Positions 31,966 through 44,550 are shown, counted from the first letter of the stretch. The stretch is DNA of 64,000 nt from Alphaproteobacteria bacterium (GCA_038131935.1 JAYPQH010000018.1:96001-160000); one strand, 5' to 3'. The notes: generated from the letters alone by a model not told the origin. Program-made: numbers and translations.

Positions 31966-32937
31966 TCAGAGCAAGCCTAGTTCTTTGTAGGCTTTTTCTG
32001 CGCCAGGATGAAGGGGGGCAGAAAGGCCATCACGAACCATTTGCTCAGGCTTAAGATTGGCAAAAGCAGGGTGCAGAGCACGGAAATCATCAATATTCTG
32101 CATCACGGACTTAGCCACAATATAGGCCACATCATCTGACACAGCCGTTGAGGTCACGAATGTGGCACCAACACCAAAGGTTGTTGTCTCCTGTGGATTG
32201 CCTGCATACATCCCACCAGGAATGGTCGCTGTTCTGTAGAATGGGTTATCTGCCACAAGTTTATCGATTGGAGCTCCTGTTACAGAGACCAATTTCACGT
32301 CACAGCTTGTGGTTGCTTCTTTGATCGCAGCAGCTGGGTGACCAACGGTGTAAATCATGGCATCAATATTATTGTCACAAATCTGCTTGGCCATTTCCGA
32401 ACCTTTAAATTCAGCAGCCAATGCAAAATCGCCCATTTTCATACCAAAAGCTTCCATGACAACTTCCATGGTGGCACGTTGACCTGAGCCTGGGTTGCCA
32501 ACATTCACGCGCTTGCCCTTGAGGCCTTCAAAACTGGTGATGCCACTGTCACCGCGCACCAGCAGCGTGAATGGCTCTGGATGAACAGAGAACATTGCCC
32601 GCAATTCTGGGAAACGATTCCCTTGGAATTTTGACGTGCCATTGTAAGCGTGAAACTGCCAATCAGATTGGGCCACACCAAATTCCAACTCACCTGCTTT
32701 GATCGTATTGATGTTGTAAACAGAGCCGCCTGTGGACTCTACCGCACAACGTACACCATGCTGTTTACGTTCACGGTTCACCAGACGACAGATGGCGCCA
32801 CCTGTGGGATAATACACACCCGTCACACCACCGGTACCGATCGAGATAAAGGTTTGATCAGCTGCAGCAGCCACATCGGCAGTTGCCATGGCGCCTAAGA
32901 TCGCCATAGCGCCTAAGAATTTTTTCTGTTGAAACAT
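31966..32937 (-). CDS. TAXI family TRAP solute-binding protein
   Basis: [44 protein letters not shown]. Confidence 0.95.
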   Translation of the reverse strand: MFQQKKFLGAMAILGAMATADVAAAADQTFISIGTGGVTGVYYPTGGAICRLVNRERKQHGVRCAVESTGGSVYNINTIKAGELEFGVAQSDWQFHAYNGTSKFQGNRFPELRAMFSVHPEPFTLLVRGDSGITSFEGLKGKRVNVGNPGSGQRATMEVVMEAFGMKMGDFALAAEFKGSEMAKQICDNNIDAMIYTVGHPAAAIKEATTSCDVKLVSVTGAPIDKLVADNPFYRTATIPGGMYAGNPQETTTFGVGATFVTSTAVSDDVAYIVAKSVMQNIDDFRALHPAFANLKPEQMVRDGLSAPLHPGAEKAYKELGLL

Positions 32938-33012
32938 ATCTTTCCCTCGCAAAATGATCGACGACACCAATGCCGTCAATTCCTTTCATAAACCAATAGT
33001 TAGACAATCTTG

Positions 33013-33867
33013 TCAACTTGGCCAGTATGCCGCGTATTGCTGCAATCTTTTCTCATGGGTGGCAATGCGCTGTGCAGCTTTGGGATCTTTCGATACCATA
33101 TCAGACAACAACAACTCAGCAGCCAAAAAAGCCGGTGTGAGTGTAGGCAGCAATTGCGGTCCAGAAATAGGCAGAACAAGGACATTGTTGCTCAAGGCCA
33201 CCATGGGCGCGTCGTGACGGTCGGTGAACAACAGAATGCGCGCCCCAACATCATGGGCTATTTTACATGACTGCATAATCTCTGCAGAGTAATGGGCATA
33301 ACTAATGGTGAACAAAATATCATTTTTATCCAATTTTGAGACTTGCTCCACCAAATCACCTGGCTCAGTAGGCACGTGCAGAAATTGAGGGAACGCCATG
33401 CGTCCCCCATAGGCAAAATAATGCACCAACGCGAAGCAACTGCGTACCCCCACACATAACACATGTTTTGCAGCCACAAGATGCTCAGCCATCTGGTCGA
33501 TGACCTGTATATTTTCTGCTGTGAACAATGCCGCTTCATTCCGCCTCATGGATGTTGCAACCAGCTGGGCCATGTTTTTGTCGCCATGGGCTTGTAAGGC
33601 CATGGCACGCTGGGCATAGCTTTGGGGCGCAGAGCGGACTTTTTCTTGGATAGCCTGACGAAAATGTCCAAACCCATCAAATCCCAACATGCGCGCAACG
33701 CGCATCACCACATTCGGATCACTTTGGGCGCGTTTGGCGAGTGCACGCATGGATAAAAACGCTACATCATCGAGATGGTTTTGAAGATAACATGCAAGAT
33801 GTGCCACCTTTGCAGGGCCGGTTTCCACCAACATCAAAAGTTTGGCCTGCCAATCTTCCTCACCCAT
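33013..33867 (-). CDS. MurR/RpiR family transcriptional regulator
   Basis: N-terminal HTH (SMRALAKRAQSDPNVVMRVARMLGFDGF) plus SIS domain (GVRSCF, ISYAHYS, FTD). Confidence 0.9.
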   Translation of the reverse strand: MGEEDWQAKLLMLVETGPAKVAHLACYLQNHLDDVAFLSMRALAKRAQSDPNVVMRVARMLGFDGFGHFRQAIQEKVRSAPQSYAQRAMALQAHGDKNMAQLVATSMRRNEAALFTAENIQVIDQMAEHLVAAKHVLCVGVRSCFALVHYFAYGGRMAFPQFLHVPTEPGDLVEQVSKLDKNDILFTISYAHYSAEIMQSCKIAHDVGARILLFTDRHDAPMVALSNNVLVLPISGPQLLPTLTPAFLAAELLLSDMVSKDPKAAQRIATHEKRLQQYAAYWPS

Positions 33868-33963
33868 ATCATTCCCCTAGACTCTCATCCCACGACAACA
33901 AACAAAACCGTAACATGGTTTAAGATAATTCACTTGAATTATTTTTTTGCCGAATTTACATAT

Positions 33964-33983
33964 TATAATGCATTTGCATTATA
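33964..33983. promoter_or_regulatory. Perfect palindrome, candidate RpiR operator in the divergent promoter region
   Basis: TATAATGCA-TT-TGCATTATA. Confidence 0.6.
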
Positions 33984-34057
33984 TTTGTACAATACATCAC
34001 CCACCATAAAATGGTTGTCAAAAACTCGGTGGGAACAGCTTGAAAGAGGATGGCTCG

Positions 34058-35395
34058 ATGAATGCATCATCACATATTTTTGGTCGAGATTGTCATACCT
34101 CTCTACCAACCGTGGTCTCTGGCAATGGATGCTATCTCATTGACCAACACGGAAAACAATATCTTGATGCAAGTGGTGGCGCGGCTGTGTCCTGTCTGGG
34201 ACATCAGCATCCTCAGATGAAACGTGCTTTACATGAGCAACTTGATAAAATTGCCTTTGCCCATACTGGCTTCTTCACCTCAGAACCCGCAGAGCAATTG
34301 GCCCAAATGCTGCAAGAGAAAGCACCCGGCATGGATTGGGTCTATTTGGTTTCAGGCGGATCTGAAGCCGTCGAAGCGGCCTTAAAATTGGCACGGCAAT
34401 ATATGATTGAGATTGGCCAGCCACAACGTCATCATATTATTGCGCGACGGCAAAGCTACCATGGCAATACGCTTGGGGCTTTGTCCGCAGGCGGTAATAT
34501 GATGCGACGTGAGACCTATGCACCCATGTTGATGAAAGGTTCACATATCAGCCCTTGTTTTGCCTTTCGAGAACAGCAGCCCAATGAGACAGACCAAGCT
34601 TATGTAGCCAGGCTTGTCGATGAATTGGAACAAGAAATTCTCTTCGTCGGCCCAGAACATGTTCTTGCCTTTATTGCAGAGCCAGTTGTAGGCGCAACAG
34701 CTGGCGCCGTGCCAGCGCTACCAGGCTATTTTGCAGCTATGCGTGAAGTCTGTGATCGTTATGGCGTCTTGATGATTTTGGACGAGGTGATGTGCGGCAT
34801 GGGCCGCACCGGTTCACTTTTTGCCTATGAGCAAGAAAACATAACACCGGACATCGTGACCATCGCCAAGGGATTGGGTGCTGGCTACCAACCCTTAGGG
34901 GCCATGATCTGTACCGATGTCATCTACCAAGCCATCAAAAAAGGACAAGGCGCGTTTCAACATGGACATACCTATCTTGGGCATCCCATGGCTGCAGCTG
35001 CTGGGGTTGCCGTCTTGAATATTTTTGAGCAAGAAAATTTGGTGGAAGCTGTGCAACAGAAGTCCGGATTGCTTTTTACCCGCTTGCATCAAACCTTTGG
35101 ACAGCACCCACATGTTGGCGACATTCGGGGTAGAGGTTTATTTTTGGGCCTTGAACTGGTGGCAAGTCGTGACGACAATCAGCCCTTTTGCCCCACCCGA
35201 AAGCTTGCGAAAACCATCAAACAGATAGCCTTGCAGCATGGCCTGATTTGCTACCCTTCCTCAGGAACCATAGATGGCAGATATGGGGACCATATTCTCT
35301 TGGCACCGCCATTTGTTATCCAAGATGATCAACTTGATGAATTGGTCACCAAACTGCACAAAAGTCTGGATGAGGCGATTGCAAAGACCAGGTGA
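34058..35395 (+). CDS. Class-III PLP aminotransferase (omega-amino acid type)
   Basis: DASGGAAVSCLGH, SGGSEA, SYHGNT, DEVMCGMGRTG, IAKGLG, HGHTY. Confidence 0.93.
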   Translation: MNASSHIFGRDCHTSLPTVVSGNGCYLIDQHGKQYLDASGGAAVSCLGHQHPQMKRALHEQLDKIAFAHTGFFTSEPAEQLAQMLQEKAPGMDWVYLVSGGSEAVEAALKLARQYMIEIGQPQRHHIIARRQSYHGNTLGALSAGGNMMRRETYAPMLMKGSHISPCFAFREQQPNETDQAYVARLVDELEQEILFVGPEHVLAFIAEPVVGATAGAVPALPGYFAAMREVCDRYGVLMILDEVMCGMGRTGSLFAYEQENITPDIVTIAKGLGAGYQPLGAMICTDVIYQAIKKGQGAFQHGHTYLGHPMAAAAGVAVLNIFEQENLVEAVQQKSGLLFTRLHQTFGQHPHVGDIRGRGLFLGLELVASRDDNQPFCPTRKLAKTIKQIALQHGLICYPSSGTIDGRYGDHILLAPPFVIQDDQLDELVTKLHKSLDEAIAKTR

Positions 35396-35572
35396 TTTTT
35401 CCGAGCACTCACTATAATACGCAAGGAATACCTATCTTGATGAGCGAGAGGTCATGATTGGTTAGCCAAAAACATACATGTATAAGAACCCTTATAGATG
35501 CTTTACCTTGTCCTTTAAGGCATCTGTTCCATCCTTTTTACCATAAATGAAATTTTTAAGAGGAATGATATC

Positions 35573-37159
35573 ATGAACCATGCTGCACTGGGATATCAAG
35601 GAGCCTTTTCGGCCCCTCATCAAGCCGCGGCCATGACGGGCACAACGATCCTTCGTGAAGGAGGAACGGCTATGGAGGCCATGGTCGCCGCCGCGGCAAC
35701 CATTGCTGTTGTCTACCCTCATATGAATGGTATTGGTGGAGATGGCTTTTGGCTGATCAAAAGACCAGGACATCCAGCTTTGGGTATTTCAGCTTGTGGC
35801 CATGCAGCCAGACTCGCCACAACCTCTTGGTATCATCAAAAGGGCCATGTCCAATCCATTCCAACCCGCGGCGCACAAGCCGCTTTGACAGTACCAGGAA
35901 CCATTGGTGGATGGGCTCAAGCGCTAGCCTTGTGCCCACAAGAACATAAAATTTCTTTGGAGCGACTTCTGGAAGATGCTGTTCACTACGCAGATCAGGG
36001 CATTGCTGTTACATTAAACCAGCATCTTTGCACATCTGACAAATTGGACGGATTGCGTGACGTTCCTGGCTTCGCAGAACATTTTCTAGACCAAACTGAT
36101 GCCCCTGCTTATGGTTACAAATTACGCCAACCAGCATTGGCCAATACCTTACGACAATTATCCCAAAATGGACTTCGTAGTTATTATGAAGGGGAATTGG
36201 CACGCATCCATTCCAACTTCTTAGAAAAACAAGGTAGTCCCTTGAGAATTGATGACTTCAACACCTACCAGGCTGAGAATGTCACCCCTCTTCATCTTTC
36301 ATCCTCTTGGGGCGATTTGTACAATATGCCCGCACCAACACAGGGTGTTTCCTCACTCATGATCTTAGGATTGTTTGATCGTTTGTCTGTCACCCATGGT
36401 GAGGGATTTGACCATCTGCATGGGCTGATCGAAGCAACCAAACAAGCCTTTATTTTGCGCAACAAAGGATTGGGGGACCCCAATAGCATGGAAAGCCCTG
36501 CACAATCTTGGCTTTCTGAGAGCCAGCTTGACCAATTGGCGCAGCAAATTCATCGAGAAAGGGCTCTTCCTTGGCCTTATGAACCGGCAAAAGGAGACAC
36601 CATTTGGATGGGAGCTGCGGACCGCTATGGAAACATGGTCAGCTTCATCCAGTCGGTATTTTGGGAATTTGGCTCTGGACTGACCTGCCCTGAAACAGGG
36701 GTGTTCTTCCAGAACAGAGGTGCAGGTTTTTCACTACAACCAGGCCCTAATCAGCTGGCACCTGGCAAACGTCCGTTTCACACCCTAAACCCTGCCCTTG
36801 CCCAACTTGAGGATGGCCGCATCATGGCCTACGGAACCATGGGGGGTGAAGGTCAGCCTCAAACCCAAGCGGCCTTGTTCACCCGCTATGCTCATTTCGG
36901 AACTGGTCTTCAAGAAGCCATTACAGCGCCCCGATGGCTTTTGGGCCGCACCTGGGGGAACAACACCACATCACTTAAAATTGAGGACCGTTTTCCTGAA
37001 GCATTGGTGGGTATGTTGCGCCAAGCAGGTCACGAAGTCGAATTGTTGCCAGAATATTCAGATTTAACAGGTCATGCAGGTGCAGTTGTCTCTCACCCGT
37101 CTGGCCTCTTGGAATCTGCGGTTGATCCTCGCGCAGATGGTTCAAGCCTCGCATTATAA
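35573..37159 (+). CDS. hpxW: Gamma-glutamyltransferase-family Ntn hydrolase closely resembling oxamate amidohydrolase HpxW
   Basis: AMVAAAATIAVVYPHMNGIGGDGFW, GD-T-IWMG autocleavage site, SFIQSVFWEFGSG, PFHTLNPA, PRWLLGRTWG; 528 aa. Confidence 0.8.
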   Translation: MNHAALGYQGAFSAPHQAAAMTGTTILREGGTAMEAMVAAAATIAVVYPHMNGIGGDGFWLIKRPGHPALGISACGHAARLATTSWYHQKGHVQSIPTRGAQAALTVPGTIGGWAQALALCPQEHKISLERLLEDAVHYADQGIAVTLNQHLCTSDKLDGLRDVPGFAEHFLDQTDAPAYGYKLRQPALANTLRQLSQNGLRSYYEGELARIHSNFLEKQGSPLRIDDFNTYQAENVTPLHLSSSWGDLYNMPAPTQGVSSLMILGLFDRLSVTHGEGFDHLHGLIEATKQAFILRNKGLGDPNSMESPAQSWLSESQLDQLAQQIHRERALPWPYEPAKGDTIWMGAADRYGNMVSFIQSVFWEFGSGLTCPETGVFFQNRGAGFSLQPGPNQLAPGKRPFHTLNPALAQLEDGRIMAYGTMGGEGQPQTQAALFTRYAHFGTGLQEAITAPRWLLGRTWGNNTTSLKIEDRFPEALVGMLRQAGHEVELLPEYSDLTGHAGAVVSHPSGLLESAVDPRADGSSLAL

Positions 37160-37162
37160 ATT

Positions 37163-37300
37163 CATGAGGCACTGACCAAACCCATCATCCGCTGGTGGAT
37201 TTTCAACGCAGAGACCAATGGCTTCAACACCTGCATGATCCGGATTGGCGGACGGGTGTTCATCGACATGACACAGCTCGAACGCTGGATCGAGACCTAG
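37163..37300 (+). pseudogene. 5'-truncated excisionase-like DNA-binding protein
   Basis: HEALTKPIIRWWIFNAETNGFNTCMIRIGGRVFIDMTQLERWIET*; no start codon, begins just after the hpxW stop. Confidence 0.55.
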
Positions 37301-37477
37301 AGAGTGGGCACCCTACCACCAGGTCCGAATGAGTGACCTACAAACAGAGCGGTAGATACTCTAAAGCCCCATTTATAGAACACACACTTGCCGTGTTAGC
37401 TTGAAACATGCTAGATTGATCTATTAATAATGCGTATGGGCATGTTATGCCCCGTTAATAAAACAGGATTGATCAAC

Positions 37478-37816
37478 ATGGCAAAGCCAAACACCCGTCC
37501 CTACTCCCGATACGGGCTGGAAGCTGCCGAGCTGCTGGGGCTGTTGATTCACGACGCCCGCATTGAGCGTGGCCTCACGGTTGCAGAAGCTGCCGAACGG
37601 GCAGGCATATCGCGCGGGCTGGTGCACAGGATCGAAAATGGCGATATGGGGTGTTCCATCGGTGCTGTCTTCGAGCTTGCTGCCATCGTCGGCGTGCCGC
37701 TTTTTGAAGCAGAATCCTCCACCCTCACCCGCCACCTTGCAACGGCACGAAGCAAGCTGACCCTGCTGCCGAAAAAGGTGCGCAAAAGCACAAAGGCAGT
37801 GAAGGATGACTTCTAA
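37478..37816 (+). CDS. hipB: XRE-family HTH antitoxin (HipB-like)
   Basis: ARIERGLTVAEAAERAGISRGLVHRIENG; overlaps the hipA start. Confidence 0.85.
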   Translation: MAKPNTRPYSRYGLEAAELLGLLIHDARIERGLTVAEAAERAGISRGLVHRIENGDMGCSIGAVFELAAIVGVPLFEAESSTLTRHLATARSKLTLLPKKVRKSTKAVKDDF

Positions 37817-39068
37817 ACCCCGCCATGATGAAGCCTATATTTGGATATGGCTGCCCGGAGCCACTGAGCCGGTGGTCGCTGGCCGCCTCGCCCGTGATGG
37901 TGAAAACCTGATCTTCAACTATGGCCGCAGCTACTTGGAGCTTGAAGGGGCTATCCCCCTCTATCTGCCGGAACTGCCCTTGCGTCCAGGTGCAATCCCT
38001 CCTGAGCCGGGCCTGAACATGGCAGGGTGCCTGCGTGACGGCGCACCAGACGCCTGGGGGCGGCGCGTGATCCTGAACAGAACCTTTGGCATCAAGGGCA
38101 AGGATGCAGATATCGGCGCGATTGACGAGCTGACCTATCTGTTGGAATCCGGCTCCGACCGTATCGGTGCGCTGGATTTCCAGCTGTCGCCCACGACATA
38201 TGTTCCCTGAGCGGCGCAGTCTGCCAGTCTGGAAGAATTGCTCACTGCTGCCGAAAAGGTCGAAAAAGGCATATCCCTCACCCCTGAGCTGGATCAGGCC
38301 CTGTTTCATGGGAGTTCGCTGGGCGGTGCACGGCCCAAGGCCATGATCGAGGATGGCGACAAGAAACTGATCGCCAAGTTTTCGTCATCTTCGGACACCT
38401 ACAATGTGGTGAAGGCGGAATTCATCGCCATGCGGCTCGCCGCCAAGGCCGGGCTCACCGTTGCGCCAGTGCGCCTGACCAATGTCGCCGGGAAGGACGT
38501 GTTGCTGGTTGAACGGTTCGACAGGATGCGTACCAATGATGGCTGGCAACGCAGGGCCATGGTCTCGGCGCTGACGATCTTCGGGCTTGATGAAATGATG
38601 GCCCGCTATGCCAGCTATACCGACCTGACCGAAATCATCCGGCATCGTTTCAGCCGGCCAAAGGATACGCTGCGCGAATTGTTCGGGCGGTTGGTGTTCA
38701 ATATCCTGTGCGGCAACACGGACGACCATGCACGCAACCATGCGGCCTTCTGGGAGGGCAAGGCGCTTACTTTAACGCCTGCCTATGATATCTGCCCGCA
38801 AAGCAGGGCAGGCAATGAGGCCAACCAGGCCATGCTGATTACCGACAACAATCGACGCAGTACGCTTGCGACCTGCATGGAGGCCGCTCCGAACTTCCTG
38901 CTCGACAACCAAACCGCAGCCGGAATTATTCAACAGATACAGGCAACCATGCGCACAGAGTGGGAAGCAATCTGCAATGAAGCGCGCCTCTCAGAGGTCG
39001 ACAGAAACCTCTTCTGGGGGCGGATATTCCTCAACCCCTACATTTTTGAGGGCTATGAGGGATTCTGA
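37806..39068 (+). pseudogene. hipA: HipA-family kinase toxin interrupted by an in-frame TGA at 38208-38210
   Basis: N-domain (DGAPDAWGR, SGSDRIGALDF) and kinase (GSSLGGARPK, NTDDHARNH, LTPAYD) lie in the same frame: YVP*AAQSASLEELL. Confidence 0.88.
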
Positions 39069-39200
39069 CACTGCGCTCAAGGATGTTGGACATCGTTGGC
39101 GGCGTCCGACCCTAAACGTGCCTCAATTAAGCCTGAAATGCAAAAACGCCCCACACTGGAGGGCGAGGCGTTTAAGTAATTTGTACTTGCATATGTATTT

Positions 39201-39277
<77 letters not shown>

Positions 39278-39318
39278 TCAAGCTGGTGGAAAGAAATGAA
39301 GTGCAAGAAATTTTGAAA

Positions 39319-39434
39319 ACCTGGCAGTGACCGACTCTCCCACGACTTAAGCCGCAGTACCATAGGCGTTCCAAGTCTTCACATTCGAGTTCGGAATGGG
39401 ATCGCGTGTTTCCCTTGGGCTATTGCCACCAGGT
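39319..39434 (-). rRNA. rrf: 5S rRNA
   Basis: CCTGGTGGC...GATCCCATTCCGAACTCG...GGTACTG...GGGAGAGT; terminal helix pairs. Confidence 0.95.
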
Positions 39435-39715
39435 TATCAAAATTTCGTGCATCGTTAATATGATTGCGAGAACCAGCGTCGTGACCGCTGGATATGGGTT
39501 GGCTTATGATCAAGCCGATCGAGTGATTAGTACTGCTAAGCTCCACATGTTACCATGCTTCCACACGCAGCCTATCAACGTGGTGGTCTCCCACGACTCT
39601 CAAGGGATATCTAGTTTTGTGGGGGGCTTCCCGCTTAGATGCCTTCAGCGGTTATCCCGTCCGTACATAGCTACCCGGCTGTGCCGCTGGCGCGACAACC
39701 GGTCCACCAGTGGTA

Positions 39716-39747
<32 letters not shown>

Positions 39748-39805
39748 CTCCACTCAAATATCCAACACCCACGGCAGATAGGGACCGAACTGTCTCACGA
39801 CGTTC

Positions 39806-39903
<98 letters not shown>

Positions 39904-39932
39904 AACCCCGTCGATATGAACTCTTGGGGGTC

Positions 39933-40006
<74 letters not shown>

Positions 40007-40310
40007 TGGCCGACTTTCGTCTCTGCTCGACTTGTCAGTCTTGCAGTCAGGCTGGCTTATGCCATTGCACTCATCGACCGATTTCTGACCGGTCTGAGCC
40101 AACCTTCGCGCGCCTCCGTTACACTTTGGGAGGCGACCGCCCCAGTCAAACTACCCACCATGCAGGGTCCCGGATCCGGATAACGGACCGCGGTTAGACA
40201 TCAAACAGCACAAGGGTGGTATTTCAAGGGTGGCTCCACCCGAGCTGGCGCCCGGGTTTCAAAGCCTACCACCTATCCTACACATGTCCTGCCTAATGCC
40301 ACTGCAAAGC

Positions 40311-40341
<31 letters not shown>

Positions 40342-40414
40342 GACCGCGGGTACCCCGCATCTTCACGGGGAGTTCAATTTCGCTGAGTCTGCATTGGAGA
40401 CAGTGGGGAAGTCG

Positions 40415-40505
<91 letters not shown>

Positions 40506-40522
40506 AATTCAATGCTCTCACA

Positions 40523-40553
<31 letters not shown>

Positions 40554-41090
40554 GTCAGACCCTATACGTCGCCTTGCCACTTCGCAGAGCCCTGTGTTTT
40601 TAGTAAACAGTCGCTACCCCCTGGTCTGTGCCCCCCTTCGAGCTCAGGGAGTTGCCGTCACCCTACTGGGGCCTCCTTCTCCCGAAGTTACGGAGGCATT
40701 TTGCCGAGTTCCTTCAATGCAGTTCTCTCAAGCGCCTTGGTATGCTCTACCAGTCCACCTGTGTTGGTTTCGGGTACGGTCTTAATGGAGGGCTATTTCC
40801 TGGAACAGCTTCAAGGCGCAACCAATCCAATAAGGTCACACCATATTCACTATTCGTCACATCCTCCAGGCTCAGGAATATTCACCTGATTCCCATCGAC
40901 TACGCATTTCTGCCTCGCCTTAGGGGCCGGCTAACCCTGCGCAGATTAGCTTTACGCAGGAACCCTTGGACTTTCGGCGAGAGTGTCTCTCACACTCTTT
41001 ATCGCTACTCATGTCAGCATTCTCACTTCCGATACCTCCAGGCAACCTCACAGTTACCCTTCATCGGCCTACGGAACGCTCCGCTACCGC

Positions 41091-41295
41091 TCAAAAACAG
41101 CAGCACAGATCTCTGTGCCCTGACATGCTGTGACGCGCCGGCGCCACAAATGAGGCCTTTTGTTCCTCAATTACAGAGATCTGTTCTCGCGTGGATCGTG
41201 AATCCACGCCATTTAGGTAATAGATTGTGCTTAGCACGAATCCAAGTAAGCCCAAATCAATGTGAAGACACAAAGATCTGCACTCCTGTTCTTGA
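41091..41295 (-). other. About 200-nt intervening sequence in 23S helix 45
   Basis: Replaces the short helix between ccgctacc and gtagcttcggtg; long terminal inverted repeat with internal hairpins. Confidence 0.85.
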
Positions 41296-41384
41296 ACCCG
41301 TAGCTTCGGTGCACGGCTTGAGCCCCGTTACATTTTCGGCGCGGAGACCCTTAATTAGACCAGTGAGCTGTTACGCTTTCTTTA

Positions 41385-41415
<31 letters not shown>

Positions 41416-41970
41416 TTGTTTTGGGATCTCTACATCCTTTCCCACTTAGCCGTGACTTGGGGACCTTAGCTGACGGTCAGGGTTGTTTCCCTCTCCACGA
41501 CGGACGTTAGCACCCGCCGTGTGTCTGCCAGGCTGAACTCATCGGTATTCGGAGTTTGATTAGGCTCAGTAAGTCGTTGGGACCCCATCACCCATTCAGT
41601 GCTCTACCCCCGATGGTTATACCTGACGCGCTACCTAAATAGCTTTCGCGGAGAACCAGCTATCACCGAGTTTGATTGGCCTTTCACCCCTATCCACAAG
41701 TCATCCCCGTCTTTTTCAACAGACGTGGGTTCGGTCCTCCAGTGGGTGTTACCCCACCTTCAACCTGCTCATGGATAGATCACCCGGTTTCGGGTCTAAT
41801 ACATCGAACTAAATGCCCTATTCAGACTCGCTTTCGCTACGCCTACACCTAACGGCTTAAGCTCGCTCGATATACTAAGTCGCTGACCCATTATACAAAA
41901 GGTACGTGGTCACTTGCGCTCCCACTGTTTGTAAGCATCCGGTTTCATGGTCTCTTTCACTCCCCTCGTC

Positions 41971-42018
<48 letters not shown>

Positions 42019-42298
42019 ATACGAGTACTTAGGCTTGGAGGGTGGTCCCCCCACGTTCGAACAGGATTTCACGTGTCCCGCCCTACTCTAGGACTCTTGC
42101 ATACCTACCCGTACGGGGCTGTCACCCACTACGGCCAAACTTTCCAGAATGTTCCGGTTCATATGCAAGAGCCACTGGCCTGATCCGCGTTCGCTCGCCA
42201 CTACTAACGGAGTCTCGGTTGATGTCCTTTCCTACGGGTACTGAGATGTTTCACTTCCCCGCGTTTGCTTTTAATGGCCTATGTATTCAGCCAAAAAA

Positions 42299-42359
42299 TA
42301 ACCTTTAACCACATCAGTTAACTTTTCAGTTTCCCAAAAAATTAACCAATGTGAAGGTT
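42299..42359 (-). other. Short AT-rich intervening sequence in 23S helix 9
   Basis: AACCTT..CACAT..GTTAA/TTAAC..ATGTG..AAGGTT hairpin about 130 nt from the 23S 5' end, the usual alphaproteobacterial position. Confidence 0.75.
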
Positions 42360-42703
42360 GGGTTCCCCCATTCGGAAATCGTCGGATCAAAACCTGCTCG
42401 CAGTTCCCCGACGCTTATCGCAGCGTGCCACGTCCTTCATCGCCTGTATGTGCCTAGGAATCCCCCAGATGCTCTTAAGACGCTTGATCTTCAGCCGAAC
42501 CGTTGTTGCATAAGCAACAACGTACCCATATCCAGTGGACACGACACAAAGTCGCCCACCAAATAAGGTCGATCTTTTTAAAAGACCAAGATATTTGCAA
42601 TCATATTAACGGTATATAAAGCAAAGCTTCACATAACCTTCATTTCTAAACGATGTCACGAACTCTTTGACCCATTCCTAAAAGAATGGAACACCTATGT
42701 TTA

Positions 42704-42779
42704 TGGTGGAGGCGGACGGGATCGAACCGACGACCTGAAGCTTGCAAAGCTACCGCTCTCCCAACTGAGCTACGCCCCC
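42704..42779 (-). tRNA. tRNA-Ala (TGC) in the 16S-23S spacer
   Basis: GGGGGCGTAGCTCAGTTGGGAGAGCGGTAGCTTTGCAAGCTT...CTCCACCA. Confidence 0.97.
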
Positions 42780-42801
42780 AAATAAAAAAGACCGAGGTAC
42801 G

Positions 42802-42878
42802 TGGTGGGCACGGGTAGATTCGAACTACCGACCTTACGATTATCAGTCGTACGCTCTAACCAACTGAGCTACGCGCCC
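42802..42878 (-). tRNA. tRNA-Ile (GAT) in the 16S-23S spacer
   Basis: GGGCGCGTAGCTCAGTTGGTTAGAGCGTACGACTGATAATCGTAAG...CCCACCA. Confidence 0.97.
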
Positions 42879-43065
42879 GTGTGACGGCAAGGCCCAAACC
42901 CTACCAACCGTACCCTCTAAGCATAAAAAGAGACCCTCTCTTTTCATCATAGGTGTTTGAAATGAATAGACATGAAGACAGCGGGATGCCGTCGGATGCC
43001 AACTTTTCGTTGGCGAATGTCAAGTACAGACATCAGTCAGGCAAGCCTGCCCAATATCATACCTT

Positions 43066-44550
<1,485 letters not shown>

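Larger units (their letters stand above)
37160..39200. mobile_element. Decayed GC-rich integrative-element remnant at the 3' end of tRNA-fMet
   Basis: GC shift immediately after the hpxW stop; headless Xis-like fragment; hipBA module; abuts the tRNA 3' end; no integrase and no second att copy seen. Confidence 0.7.

Noticed and set aside
38208-38260. Selenocysteine recoding of the hipA TGA
   Set aside because: The position is a linker residue rather than a catalytic Cys, and no convincing bacterial SECIS hairpin follows.
17930-39200. Second copy of the tRNA-fMet 3' end (att site) delimiting a large island
   Set aside because: No TGGTTGCGGGGG-like repeat was seen at the gene junctions inspected by eye; an exhaustive search was not possible.
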